Assembly: GCA_963693365.1 (NCBI GenBank)
Contig: CAVNZM010000017.1
Span: 1 to 64,000, forward strand
DNA: 64,000 nt
Source: Amoebidium appalachense
Taxonomy: Eukaryota; Protista; Ichthyosporea
Reading direction: 5' to 3'
The notes beneath the pieces are model-generated. The model saw only the letters and a list, made by a program, of their open reading frames with translations. It searched no databases and was not told the DNA's origin. Made by a program: the position numbers and the translations under genes. How positions within the stretch are numbered: the stretch's first letter is position 1; every line of letters starts with the position of its first letter. Below, piece by piece: positions 51,794-64,000 of this stretch.

Positions 51794-52415
51794 TAGAGAG
51801 AGAGGCAAACACGGACACACAGACACACACAACACACACACACACACACACACACCGACTGTGACCGGGCCACACCGTTAACCTTAAGCAACACTCAAAT
51901 ACATATTACTAAGCCCTCTCTAACTGCAATCATGCATACATGGTCATGCTATCGCGCCGCATGATGCGAGCCCCTGTCACAACCATTTTCCAATATACAA
52001 TGGCATCCAAACGCACTGCCACCCAGCACACATCATTGCTGAATGGGACCCCCCCCCCCCCCCCGTCTGCCCCCTTCAGGTCATGGGGTTAGTATATGCA
52101 GCGCGCAAGCATTTCAAAATGATTCGCACGACATGGATGTGGCAGTTGAACCGTTGCATAATCACGCCATGCCCTTGCTTTAGCCACTCCGCTTTCCTCT
52201 CGAGCCCCCCTCCCCCCCCCCCTCCCCCCCCCCCCCCCCCTCCCGGCCTCCTCCCGCCCAACCGCCCACCCCCACCCACCCCAAATATCCCTTTATAATT
52301 TCTAATGTCAACACTCTTACGAGGCTCCACAACACACCGACGTATTCTCCAAAAGAATTCTCTGGAGCTTTCTCCCAAAGGGAATGTGAGTTCATGTGTA
52401 TGCGGCGGCGGGGCG

Positions 52416-52453
<38 letters not shown>

Positions 52454-53604
52454 GGGGCAGCTGAGAAGGGACACAGACAGATGTGAAGTTCAGTACTGTG
52501 TTTAGAGGGCCCCGATATGTGTGTGGGTGGGTGGGTGGGTGGGTGGGTGTGTGTATGTGTGTGTGTATGTGCGTGTGTGTGCGCGCACACACACACGCAA
52601 ACATGTGTGTGTCTTTGCCATGGCATCTCAGCACGTGAACCCGTGATAGCATGGGCACATGTCTGTTTTTTGTGTGCCACACGCTGGCAGTGTGTTGTAC
52701 TACTACTGTAGCGCTTACATGGTGTAAATGTGTACACGCCTGTGTGTGCTTGTGGTTGTGGAAGAGGGACCCGGTGCCTTATCATATCTGATCCATTTTA
52801 CCCCCCCCCCCCCCCCCCCCCCCCTCCCTTTTCTTTTTTTTTTAATTTTTTTTTTTTTTTGGCCATAACAGTTTTGTTAATCATTAATATTCCATAGTGT
52901 CCCGTCTTTTGGGTGGGGTGCATGCCCGGTACCAAGCCCAAGGAGTCATCGGTTAACAGAGAGTATATACCGGTATTCCCAAAATAAAAAAAGAAAAAGA
53001 AATGACATCACAGTATGTTTTCTTATAAATAATTCGCAACTGGCAGTTCATGCCATTGAAGCTAGGGTTACTCTTCAAGTGGAAACTCAAAACCCTGATA
53101 TGCATATTTTCATTTTTGAAGCGAGGAAGGTAGCCGCTGATAATTTTTGTTTGTTTGTTGAAGAGGAGAGGGGAGCCACCGTGGCCGGAAGGGAGGAGGA
53201 GGAAGGGAGGGGGGGGGGGGGGGGGGGGGGGGGGAGGGGGGGGGGGGGGGTTTAAGGGGGGAGAAGTTACCACACACAATCGTGATAGCATACTGTGACA
53301 TGCTTGCCTGCATGCACAACTGGCACAGCCTGCATGCATGCCAAGGCCGCTGCGCTGTGCCTGCCACATGTTGACACCCTCAATACGTCACCGCCCGGCG
53401 GATAAAACCAACGCCCTGGCAACAGCCACTGCGATCAGCCCTTGGCTTCATCACTGTGACGCAGCCGCGAGGGGAACGGCCGGGGACGTTCTGGATCACC
53501 GTGCTCCAAGATGTGTGCACGTGTGACAGTCTGTGTGCCTACGGTGAGCCGGCCGGCCGGTGAGCCTCGCCGGCAAGTGTTGCTAACGGGGCGCCAAACC
53601 AGAG

Positions 53605-54137
53605 CCAATCGTTTGCGGCTTTGCAAGACCGTTGGCCAGCGCACCAATCAGCATAGACTGGCCTTTGCTGCCCCAGGTCGGCTGACCAGCATGTTTCACA
53701 CGGTGTGAAACTCGAGTACTGCTAAGGCAATTTTTGCAAAGAAGCATGTTATCAAGAATCGAACATTATTATATATGAATTTGCGGCGCTTACAGTCGAA
53801 ATATTGTATTTTGATATTATTTTGAACCCTTTTTCTGTCGGAATACACGCTGGACTTTGCGCCGCGGCCCGGCGGTCCTGCAGCAAAAAACGGACGAGCC
53901 GAATATGATTGGGCGCAATAATTCTCTAAGCCAACCAGAATTGGACAGCTGGAACACATTCCTCAAACGATTGGCCACATTGAATTCGAAACCCGAAACT
54001 TGCTTTATAAGGTGCGACGTGATCATTCTGATTGGTTAGAGCTGCATTCCAGGAGTGGGAAATAGACCAATAGGAGGGCGGCTTGGGCAGCCGAGGGATA
54101 ATTGGTGGGCGCCCATACGCACTTTAGCCTTATATGG
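53605..54137 (+). promoter_or_regulatory. Promoter of the C2H2 gene: CCAAT-box array plus CArG box
   Basis: CCAAT/ATTGG at about 53605, 53644, 53908, 53940, 53970, 54031, 54067 and 54101. CCTTATATGG (CC[A/T]6GG) at 54128-54137. Confidence 0.6.
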
Positions 54138-54494
54138 TCGCCAGCCTCGCTCGTCACGCTCGCCCAGCGGCCCAGCCTGACCCTTTTTACAGACCACACG
54201 CACACAGTCAGTTCACTCGGCAGTTGAGCCGTAGAGCGAACACAAGCAGACATTGGCACCAGAACACACCTGTGCACACAGTCCAACAACATTGACACAC
54301 AGACAGTACTGAGAAACCACATTCTAGAAGCTGAAAACACTTGTGTACACGTGTGCCGGTGCCAACAGTATTCTCATTTTACACGAGCAAGGATACTTCT
54401 TTGCCGAGTCTCACTAGCCCCAACATATTCACAACCACATTATTGTTATTAATGCAACACACCACTAGGTAACACAAACACACACACGAATAGA

Positions 54495-55709
54495 ATGCAT
54501 CTCAACGCCATGCCCTCTGGCCTGCAGGCCCACACGTCTATGTGCCAGTCGGCAGCAGCCAACAACATGGGCATGGGTGGAATGTCCATGGGAGGTTCCA
54601 GTGACTTCCAGAACACACAGATGGGTCCTAAGATGGGTGGGGGCAGCAACTTCATGATGCAAACCGGTGGTTGTTTCTCCCCACCATGTGAACAGATGGG
54701 GGCCAGCAGAATGGGTGAAGGCATGGGCATGGGCAGTGGATACGGCATGGGTATGGGTGGGATGGGGGCCATGGGGGGTGCCATGGGTGGTGGCGCGGGT
54801 GGAAACATGAGCTCGTGTGGTGGATACGATATGCCCCAGACACCAGCATGCATGCCGCGGCAAGCACAGACCACACCCACGCCACCAAGTGGTGCCAGCA
54901 CTCCAAGCAGCACGCAGAGGCCCGGGCTGATGCAGCAGCAGATGATGATGCAGAGGGCCCTGATGATGGGCACTGGCCCTGCTAGCACATTCCCCATGCG
55001 CACTGCCTCCTACACCTCCACGCCCAGCGCCTATCAAAACCCCTTCCTCCAACAATACATCACAAACATTATCAACCGCAAGGCCAGGTTCCTCGGGTCC
55101 CCCTCCAGCAGAAAGCCCCGCCATCGCCGCAGCTTCAAGGAGCTCGAACGGAACATCAGATGCAAACACGTGGGGTGTGGCCGTGTGTATGCCACAGAGA
55201 GCAGCCTGCAGAACCACCTGCGGCTTAAACACAACAACATCCGCCCCCCCGACAGCCCCATGTCGGAGACCAAACGGGAACAGGCCGACATGTCCCACTA
55301 CGAAGACAGTGAGACGGGGTCCAATGCCGGTGACCTGAGTGCCTTTGCTACGCCCCTGGGCAGTCTGGACGAGTTGGACGGATTTGATTTCGGCCGGTTG
55401 GGCCTTGACGTCAGCACCATCAAGCTCAGTGGGTTCAGGCTCGAAGACCTCCCAGAGGATGAGCAACTGGGTGGGCCAGCGGCCTCGTTTGATTCGTTCT
55501 TTGCCAGCCAGACAATCAACCAATCACAGATGCCCAAGCCGGGCCAGTGGGGTATGGGCGACCCGACCCTGTTGGATGCGGTGTTGGATGCTATGGGCCA
55601 GAAGACGCTGTCTAATTGGGTCACCCTGGCAGACCCGATTAACGAGGAGGTGCTATTGGGCGGTTTTGGCCCGGAATTTGAGAATTTCCTTACTGAGCCT
55701 GCGGTTTAA
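54495..55709 (+). CDS. Single C2H2 zinc-finger transcription factor (Con7-like), intronless, 404 aa
   Basis: RHRRSFKELERNIRCKHVGCGRVYATESSLQNHLRLKH: a C-x4-C-x12-H-x4-H finger preceded by the RRxxxE(I/L)ER motif typical of Con7-type fingers. G/M/Q-rich N-terminus and acidic C-terminus. Confidence 0.8.
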   Translation: MHLNAMPSGLQAHTSMCQSAAANNMGMGGMSMGGSSDFQNTQMGPKMGGGSNFMMQTGGCFSPPCEQMGASRMGEGMGMGSGYGMGMGGMGAMGGAMGGGAGGNMSSCGGYDMPQTPACMPRQAQTTPTPPSGASTPSSTQRPGLMQQQMMMQRALMMGTGPASTFPMRTASYTSTPSAYQNPFLQQYITNIINRKARFLGSPSSRKPRHRRSFKELERNIRCKHVGCGRVYATESSLQNHLRLKHNNIRPPDSPMSETKREQADMSHYEDSETGSNAGDLSAFATPLGSLDELDGFDFGRLGLDVSTIKLSGFRLEDLPEDEQLGGPAASFDSFFASQTINQSQMPKPGQWGMGDPTLLDAVLDAMGQKTLSNWVTLADPINEEVLLGGFGPEFENFLTEPAV

Positions 55710-56157
55710 CCCTTTAAATGGGTTTTTGAATTTTAATGGTGGTTCACTAGTAAAGTAGAATGATGTGGTGAGTGCAGGCTGTGTGAAGGAAAGAATAGCA
55801 CCTGTACATGCCTGATTCTTAGCGCACTCTGCAATTTGGATTTATGTTTGCGCCCTGAAGGATATCCCGACGCAAGCCTGGCCCGTCGTAGAGTTGAAAT
55901 AACTTATGCCTGCCCTAGTCCCTTCCGTCGAAAGCCTCATGCCGCACTTCTGAAATTTTACTTTTGCAATTGTGATATACCAAATGCAAATGTGATATAC
56001 CAAATAACCTGTAGATACATGTGTATATCATGATGAGAATGGGTCCCACCCCGAACGAATGCCGTCCTGCCCCGGTGGCATGGGCTGCAACGCAAAAAAG
56101 TGCACATTGGCGCTGTGAAAATACAACTACCATTCGTATTTCCATGCCCATCCCCCC

Positions 56158-56205
<48 letters not shown>

Positions 56206-56229
56206 GTATTCAACACACACACACACACA

Positions 56230-56278
<49 letters not shown>

Positions 56279-56454
56279 TCTTTTGGGTGTTTATGAAGTA
56301 CATTTCTTGCTTGCTGTCATTTGCTTCTATCATAAACACAGGCTTTTCCCACTGCTCTTGCATGTGATCTGTGCTTTCATATATATGCCAGTGCTGTTCG
56401 TTGTGAATAATATGAGCCTCGTACCGTGAATCCTACCCCCTTCCCCTCCCCTCC

Positions 56455-56485
<31 letters not shown>

Positions 56486-57229
56486 ACCACCACCACCATC
56501 ACCCCTCCCTTCCCCCCTTCCCCACCCACACCCACCACCACCACCACAAATCCCTCCCCCCAACCCCCCCCCCCCCCCCCCCCCCCCCCCACCCCCACCA
56601 CCACCACCCTCACAGCACACACACACAAACACACACACAACCGTCTCGCTAGCGTCTGCGGAAAAAAAAACTAACATACATTGAGAGGTTCTCACAAATG
56701 CGCTTTGACCCCACCAGACTGAGAACACACACGTTATACACCTAATGACTTAACAAGACTCTCTGAAAGGGCGAAAACAGATGCCATTGGGCAAAAAAAG
56801 CGGCAGAAACAGATACGCGTCGGTGTTGAAATGGAAAAAAAAAAACAAAAACAAGCAAGAGCTTAGAAATAAGTCGTACTGAAAAAAATGGAAAAGAAAG
56901 AAAAGAAAGAACTTCTTTGTGTCGCATGCAAGTCAAGCCTCAATGCCATTTACACAGTCATACATGCTACCACCGCGTGCAAAAGGTTGTTCCACGGTGT
57001 GTGAAGCAAAAGTGTAAAGTTCTGTCTAAGTGTGGAGTGAATGCATAAATGACTTATGGAAATTCAGAGAGAGTGGGTTCTAAGGCAGAACTAAACAGGT
57101 GGGCCAGACACGGGTTGAATTAGTTTAATCCAGTGTGAGGGAAAACATGTGTGCCACACCGTACACAACATGGCCCGCCATACTGAGGGTTACATACCGC
57201 CCAGACCGTCCCGTCACCTGGTCACCGCG

Positions 57230-57447
57230 TCCGCCAATAGGAATTGGGCTGTAACCGGACAGCCAATAGGATTACACCACGTATTTGCCAATGATATTGT
57301 AAAGCCACGGCCAGCCAATAGACTCGGCCCGGTTTTGTGTATAGCCAAATAAGTAGTTGACAACAAAGACAATCCGCATAAACTACATGCAGAGTAACAC
57401 AAAACCGAAACCATTCAACAGAGATAGCACATCAAAACAAGGTAAGT
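57230..57447 (+). promoter_or_regulatory. Second CCAAT cluster with a downstream consensus donor site (orphan promoter candidate)
   Basis: CCAAT at 57234, 57263, 57288 and 57315, ATTGG at 57243, and CAAG|GTAAGT at about 57441. Confidence 0.4.
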
Positions 57448-57718
57448 AGATACAAACTGAGTGTAATATCGAAACCATATGACAAGACAGACCTAATGTG
57501 TAATCAACCATGTGCTGTGCACGAAGGAAACCTAAACTATGCATGCAGGACATGCAAGGCAAATGAATCTTGCAACAAACCGTGAGCACAAAGGTATGCT
57601 ATCGCAACAAGCAGGAATCATGACAATCTGGGAACAAGCCGTACCTGCGCATCTACACAATCGGGGGAGAGAGGGAGAGAGAGGGAGAGAGGGAGAGAGG
57701 GAGAGAGGGAGAGAGCGG

Positions 57719-57760
<42 letters not shown>

Positions 57761-58212
57761 CAACCTACGTGCATGTGTGTGTGTGTGTGAGGCCAGGGAG
57801 GACTCAATCTGGAAATTCACCACACAATTTTATTTATGAAATCAGGCAAAACCTTGCGAGTTTACAAAAGAGCAGAGAACACGTGCCATTCTTCCGCAGA
57901 ATACGGACATGTGTACAAAAGTGTGCACACGTGTGTTAAAGACACAAGCAGTAGACTCAACAGTGACCCAATCATTGCTTGATGCTTGCATGATTTAAGT
58001 TTTTAGGCCCGCCTTCATGTTTTCCGGGGTGAGCTTGGAATGACACGTTGAATATTCCCCTATGTGCGTGGGTTTCTCAGATTCATTCTTTCTTTCATTC
58101 ATTCATTTTTTCCCATTATTTTTCACTTAGTAAGATTTTTTTATTATTATTATTTTTTTTTTTTTGGCTGGTTGTTTGGTTGGTTAGTTGGTTGGCCGGG
58201 CTAGGGTTAGGG

Positions 58213-58245
<33 letters not shown>

Positions 58246-59792
58246 GGATTTATTTCTTTGCTTTCTTTGCTTGTTTCGTTTCGTTCTTTTCTTTCCTTCT
58301 TTTTGTGCGTGTGTGTGTGTGTGTGTGGAGGGGGTGGAGGGGGGGGGGTAAGGGTAAGAAGGGGGCGAGTGAGAGGAGGGTGGGTGGAAGAGGCAAGTGA
58401 TCTTGATGCAGCATTATTATGATGCTCAGCACCCCCCATTGTTTATGTCCACCACCCACAGCCTGCAATGCTCAGAGGGGAAGAGGGGGCCCTCCGTTGC
58501 TGGAGCCGAGAGCTTTGTTGTCGTTTGGGGCAACGGGGGGGCGGAGGAGGAGGAGAAGGAGGGGGGGGGGGGAGGAGGAGGAGGGGGGGGAGGGGGGGAG
58601 GAGGAGGAGGAGGGAGGGGGGGGGGGGGGGGGGGGATTTTAGCCCGTAAGCACCTTCCAGTAAAAGTCCTCATTATAGCAGTACCGGCATGCTGGAAATG
58701 AGATATTCCCCCTCCCCTCACCCCCCCCCCCTCCCCCCCCCCCCCCTCCTCCTTGTCTTCTTGCCCCCTTATAAATAACCTCCAGGCTACCATGGACCAG
58801 TTAAGCTGGGCAGGGGGGGGGGAGGGGGGGGGGGGGGGGGGGGGGGAGGGGGGGGGGGGGGGAGGGTAGAACAACTTTGGGTCAAGAGGATTCTGACAAG
58901 AGAATCGTATTGTTTCTTCAATCCACCTTGAAGTTCCTTGCCTCCTGTATTATATCAGTGCATCTCGATGATCTGTTCGATCTGCGGTTGTGGGGTGCCC
59001 CATCTGACCGAATAGTCACAACGCACATTTTACAAGTAATTCTAAATTATTATTGCGGATTCAAGCGGCTTGTTTTTGTAGATTTGATTTTATCCGATTC
59101 CCGGCCCGGTCCAGACGTTACTATTATTTGACTCTAAGTTAGACCAATGCATACACACTGTGGCTGCATATATGCGCATGTGCACGGGCACGGGCACATG
59201 GTGTGCATGTGGCCTGAAGATGCTTCTATGAACATCATCTGGAGAGTGGAGATCTCTACACATATACATCATGCTTCCTGCTATTACCGATGCTCACTGC
59301 ATATATCATCTGAGCCACACCGTGTCTGGGCAATCACAACAAGCACAGACCGATGTCGTGATCATGACATATCAGTTAACTCTGCATGCCCACACACCCC
59401 ACTAATCGAAAACTCTCCAAATTCCAAACGCTATCACGTGCACCATTACCCCCCAGAGTTCCAAAATCTATTAGGAAATTGAACCCCCAAATTCCATACT
59501 TTGTTACCTTCGGCCCCCCACATATCTAAAGTTTAGGGATATGGCATACGGTAATGCTAGGGTGTGTAAACAACCGCCACTGAGCATGTTTTCTTGCCCC
59601 TTCGTTTTGTAGACCACACTCTAGCCCCCCCCCCCCCCCCCCCCCCCCCGCCCCCCTCTCCACCCACCACCACCACCGCTACCATTGAGGGTTGGTCAAC
59701 TGGGGCTGAATTCAAAACATCAATGTGTTTCGTTAAACACCCAAGCATTTTGTAAGGTGTGAACTTGGCTATTTATGCACCAACGATTTGGA

Positions 59793-59926
59793 GGATCTTA
59801 GCTACAGCCCAGAAATGTGTTACAGACGTAGGACCTGCGGATCTTAGCTATAGCCCAGAAATGTGTTACAGACGTAGGACCTGCGGATCTTAGCTATAGC
59901 CCAGAAATGTGTTACAGAAGTAGGAC
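59793..59926. repeat. 46-bp tandem repeat x3
   Basis: GGATCTTAGCTA(C/T)AGCCCAGAAATGTGTTACAGACGTAGGACCTGC repeated head-to-tail. Confidence 0.9.
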
Positions 59927-60237
59927 CGCACAATGATCCGGATGGAAGCCCCCCCCCCCCCCCCCCCCCCCCCCCCGTGGCATGAGCCCACCCACCCACA
60001 CACCACCATGACCCATCATCGGTTTGCTTTTGCATCTACGATATAACGTCGTCTTTATTCCATTCGTGGCAAGGCCAAACTATACAACCTATATATCTCG
60101 AAACCACTCTTCTAAGCCATATTTCACACGGCATATGTCGCAACACACATCTATATCTCAATCAATCTCGTATTCTCCTAGCCACATGACCTGCTAACAA
60201 TTACCTAATAAGGCTATGCATGCATCACTGTGATTGG

Positions 60238-60566
60238 CTACATGAGGTGGTTGGCCTCCACCTCCACGATCATATCGATCTCTACGGGCACGCCCAGTGG
60301 CAGACTGCCAAACCCGGCAGCCACACGTGCATGCTGGCCCCTCGTGCCGTACAGTTCATTGAGGAGGTCGGATGCACCTGTGTGCGTGTGTGTGTGTTGG
60401 GGGAGGGGGGGGGGAGGTAAGAGGGTTGTGCATGTTCGTGTGTGTGTGTGTGTGCACGTGTCAGTCAGGTGAGAGTGTGACTCTCTGGGTGTGGGCACAC
60501 GTGTGTGCGTGTGCTCATGCTTGCCCGCAAGTGTGCGTGTGTGTGTGCATGCCTACGAGCGTATGT

Positions 60567-60605
<39 letters not shown>

Positions 60606-61146
60606 TGTCTGTGTGCGTGAGCGCGCACGAGCGTGCCGTTTTTGTGTGTGTGCTTGCGCACACAAGTGCAAGTATGTGTGTTTGTATGTGCGTGAGTCTG
60701 TGATGTGCACATAAGCGTGCACACGTGTGTCGGGGCGAGTGTTTGTGTGTGTGTGATAGTGCGTGTGAGGCAGTGTGCATGTCCATTCTACGCGAGATTG
60801 ACCTGCATGGGCCCCATGGCCTATCAAGACCAATAGAGACCATAGCCCATGGTGAAATCTACAAAACCCACTAAACTTTGTGCAAACACACAAAAGCCAA
60901 AAGAATGGGTGGGGTTACAGCAATTTGTTTTGCATTGAATTGCAAAGGGGGTGTTTGCGCTGCGTGCTTTCGGATTCAGCGACAGACCGACGGGCACGAG
61001 GGATGAAAGGGAGAGGGGAGGGGGAGGGGGGGGGGGGGGGGGGGGGGGGGGAGGGGATCGGTGTTACATGTATGCAGCATGCAAACAGGTCACCCCCCCC
61101 CCCCCCCCCTCCAAAAAAAAAGGAAACCCTTTGACTATGCTGCCAG

Positions 61147-61192
<46 letters not shown>

Positions 61193-62268
61193 GCCCCCAG
61201 CAAACAAACAAAAACAGAAAAGGTGGCCTGCCTGCTGCCTTCCCCAATTCTCCCCTGACCTACCATTGATGACCTTGGGGTGGTTTGTGAAGTCTGGGGT
61301 GCTGTTGACCATGCCGGTGACCTTGATCACCCGCTGATAAGGGGGTCACGTGAGCACACACCCACAGGTGATTGGTGGAAATCACCAGTCATGCCGGAAC
61401 AAGTGCACTGCTCCCTCCCCAGTCCCCCCCCCCCCCCCCCCCTCCCCCAGTCCCGCCATAGTGTGCACACAATACCATGCAGCCATACACATGCTGTCCT
61501 GACTCTTCGATAACCCTTATCCCCCCCCCCCCCCTCCCCCCCCCCCCCACACACACACACATTACACACGAATCTCCCCCCACATACACAAAATACCTTG
61601 CACCAACCCTTCCACACATACCGACAAAATATTCTCCCCCTCCCCCCCCCCCCCCCCCTTTCCTCAAAAAAAAAAACCCCCGGTCAAACTTTCAACTAGA
61701 GAGAACACAAACACCCCCCCCCCCCCCCAAAAAAAAAAAAAAAAAAAAAAAGCAGACCCCCCCCCCCCCACACACACACTCACCCACCCACACCCAAGCC
61801 TCCTCCCCCCCCCTCCCCCCAAAAAAAATCCTCCCATGCACCCACACATATCCCCCACCTGGACCCTATCCAGGTCGCCTATCTCTGCCTTGAGTGTGCC
61901 CAGCAGGGACAGCATGGTGGCCCTGGCTGCCTGGTAGCCCTGGTCCTCGCTGATGTCCGTGGGCACCTAAAAATAGACCATCATAGGCTGTCAATGGCTA
62001 TTAATAGATTGGCCCGGGAATCAACGGCTATGACTAAAGGGATGAGCCCCCCCCCCCCCCCCCCCCCCCCCCGAATTGAGATGTCAGGCGCTGAGATCTA
62101 TGTATAGGTGGGCCAGGGGGTAAGGACCTATAAAAAGCTACGCAAGAGAGTGAAGACTCTATTTATAGGTGGCTGCATGGAAGACTTGAGTCAGGCCCAT
62201 GGCATGCACTAGAGGGGGAGGGGGCCAAATCAAAATGTGCTGATTGGAGTCAGCCATTTTTTTTTTTT

Positions 62269-62311
<43 letters not shown>

Positions 62312-62472
62312 TTGGCACAGGGGCACATGAGCAAACACACTAATGTGGAAGTGTTAGACGACCTCCAATCTGCTAAGGGGAATAGGCCACAGGGAGCAGA
62401 GAATATACCTTGCCCACTATCAGCTTGCCTTCCTTGTCGTAGGGCAAGTGGCCTGAGAGGTAGCAGAGGCTG

Positions 62473-62512
<40 letters not shown>

Positions 62513-62655
62513 CGTGTCCATGTATGTGCATAGGTGTAGTCACCAGGAGGAGAAGGCACACAAAGGGGGGGGGGGGGGGGGGGGGGGGGGGCACCATTGA
62601 AAGTCAGTTAAAAAACCGTGTGCACGCGCGTGTGTGTTTTGGGGCAGGGGAGGGT

Positions 62656-62691
<36 letters not shown>

Positions 62692-62929
62692 TTGAATGAA
62701 GCAAAAGAATGTCAACAGACAACAGGAAACATAAAACCGACTGAGCCAAGGCACGGCAATGCACCCCCCCCTGCTAACAGGCAAGTGCAATAGGTACAGG
62801 GCCCCTTTTAGAACCAATATTGTTCCTGGAGGGAGGTGGCTCAGGGAGCTAGCACCACACTCAGACAGCCCCCCCCCCCCCCCCCCCCCCCCCTTTCCTC
62901 CACCTGCTCCCCCCCCCCTTACCCACCCC

Positions 62930-62975
<46 letters not shown>

Positions 62976-63379
62976 CTCCCCCTTTCCCCTGCACCGACAC
63001 AGGTTGTCTGGCATCCTGCCCAGCAATCGACCCACCACCAGAGGCTTCCACCCAGTAAGTCCAACCAATCAGAGGCCTTCACTCTCGGCCCCCCTGCCTG
63101 CCTGCTTCCATCCCCGCATGTCTCTGTATGTTTCCCATCCAACGTCTCTTCCTTCCTTTTCAATATACAGTCAGGTGCCCCTGCTCACCACGAACCAGAC
63201 CCCCCCCCCCCCCCAAAAAAAAAAAAAAGAAATCTCTTGCAAGCACCCCTCTTGAAGCGCAAGCACACCTCTTCCCCCCCCCTCTCACCTGAGCACACAA
63301 TGTTGACATAGTTTGCCTTGGGGGTTGCCGGCGCCAACTTGTGGCCCATAGCAGCTATCTTGGCCTCAACGTGCACCCC

Positions 63380-63380
<1 letters not shown>
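60238..63380 (-). CDS. Rid (YjgF/YER057c/UK114) family protein, Rid1-like; 5' exon(s) not seen
   Basis: Exons: 63380-63289, 62473-62409, 61966-61859, 61333-61264, 60377-60238, all phase-consistent. Protein: VEAKIAAMGHKLAPATPKANYVNIVCSGSLCYLSGHLP...RVIKVTGMVNSTPDFTNHPKVINGASDLLNELYGTRGQHARVAAGFGSLPLGVPVEIDMIVEV. Confidence 0.9.
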
Positions 63381-63428
<48 letters not shown>

Positions 63429-63898
63429 ATCCATGGTGGGGGGAGGTAAGAGGGGGGGGGGGGGGAGTAGATGGGCAACCGTAGAGAAGGAATGGCGGGG
63501 GTGGCGGTTGAGGTTGGGGACAGGGGGAGGGGGGGGGGGCAGAGAGAGAGAGAGAGGACACAGAAAAAAACGGAGGTAAAAAAGCAAGCCAATACGGGAG
63601 GGGAGGAAAAAGGCCAGACAACACTAGGTAGGGTTTAATATAAAACATAAGATAAAGTATGTGGGTGCATAGGAGGTAGTTATATGACTGGAGAAGATGT
63701 TAAAAAAAAGAGTGAGTGGTGGTCATAGAGGGGAAAGGAAACAAAGACGGGCTGAGCAAGAGATATGTGATATCGGACAAATAGAAGAGGGGAAGAAAAG
63801 TGAAAGAAAGCTAACAGCATACGAAAGGAGAGAGAGAAAGAAAGAGAAGAGGGGGGGGGGAGGGGGGGGGGGGGGGAGAGAGAGAAAGAGAGACAGAG

Positions 63899-63996
<98 letters not shown>

Positions 63997-64000
63997 GAGT

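Noticed and set aside
54465-55523. 352-aa antisense ORF
   Set aside because: It is the shadow of the GC-rich C2H2 gene on the opposite strand and has no motifs of its own.
61967-62408. Second U12-type intron in the Rid gene (donor GTATATTC)
   Set aside because: The donor lacks the TCC core and there is no CCTTAAC branch near the acceptor, so I treated it as U2-type.

Overview
This window is eukaryotic and intron-rich, full of microsatellites and G/C homopolymers. The gene content is holozoan/opisthokont-like, and a unicellular holozoan such as an ichthyosporean is my inference. Almost all ORF-track entries are repeat artefacts, so I rebuilt the genes by hand from phase-compatible splice sites. 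Spliced genes: a 17-exon TBRG1-like FYRN/FYRC gene with an N-terminal HARE-HTH (minus, 4874-17101); an 18-exon PPP1R37-like RVxF/LRR gene with a C-terminal GAT-like domain (plus, 20075-33287); ZNF830 (plus, 35955-41155) with an AT-AC minor-type intron; a LYSMD3-like gene (minus); and a 5'-incomplete Rid/YjgF gene (minus). Intronless: a DRAM/TMEM150-family gene, a frameshifted half MFS transporter, and a Con7-like C2H2 gene behind a CCAAT/CArG promoter. A TA-flanked TIR element (420-2197) carries an apparently spliced non-transposase cargo gene. The most notable points are the AT-AC intron with a degenerate donor, the HARE-HTH/TBRG1 fusion, the cargo TIR element, and acceptors built from (CA)n instead of polypyrimidine tracts. 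Family assignments come from motif recognition, not database searches.
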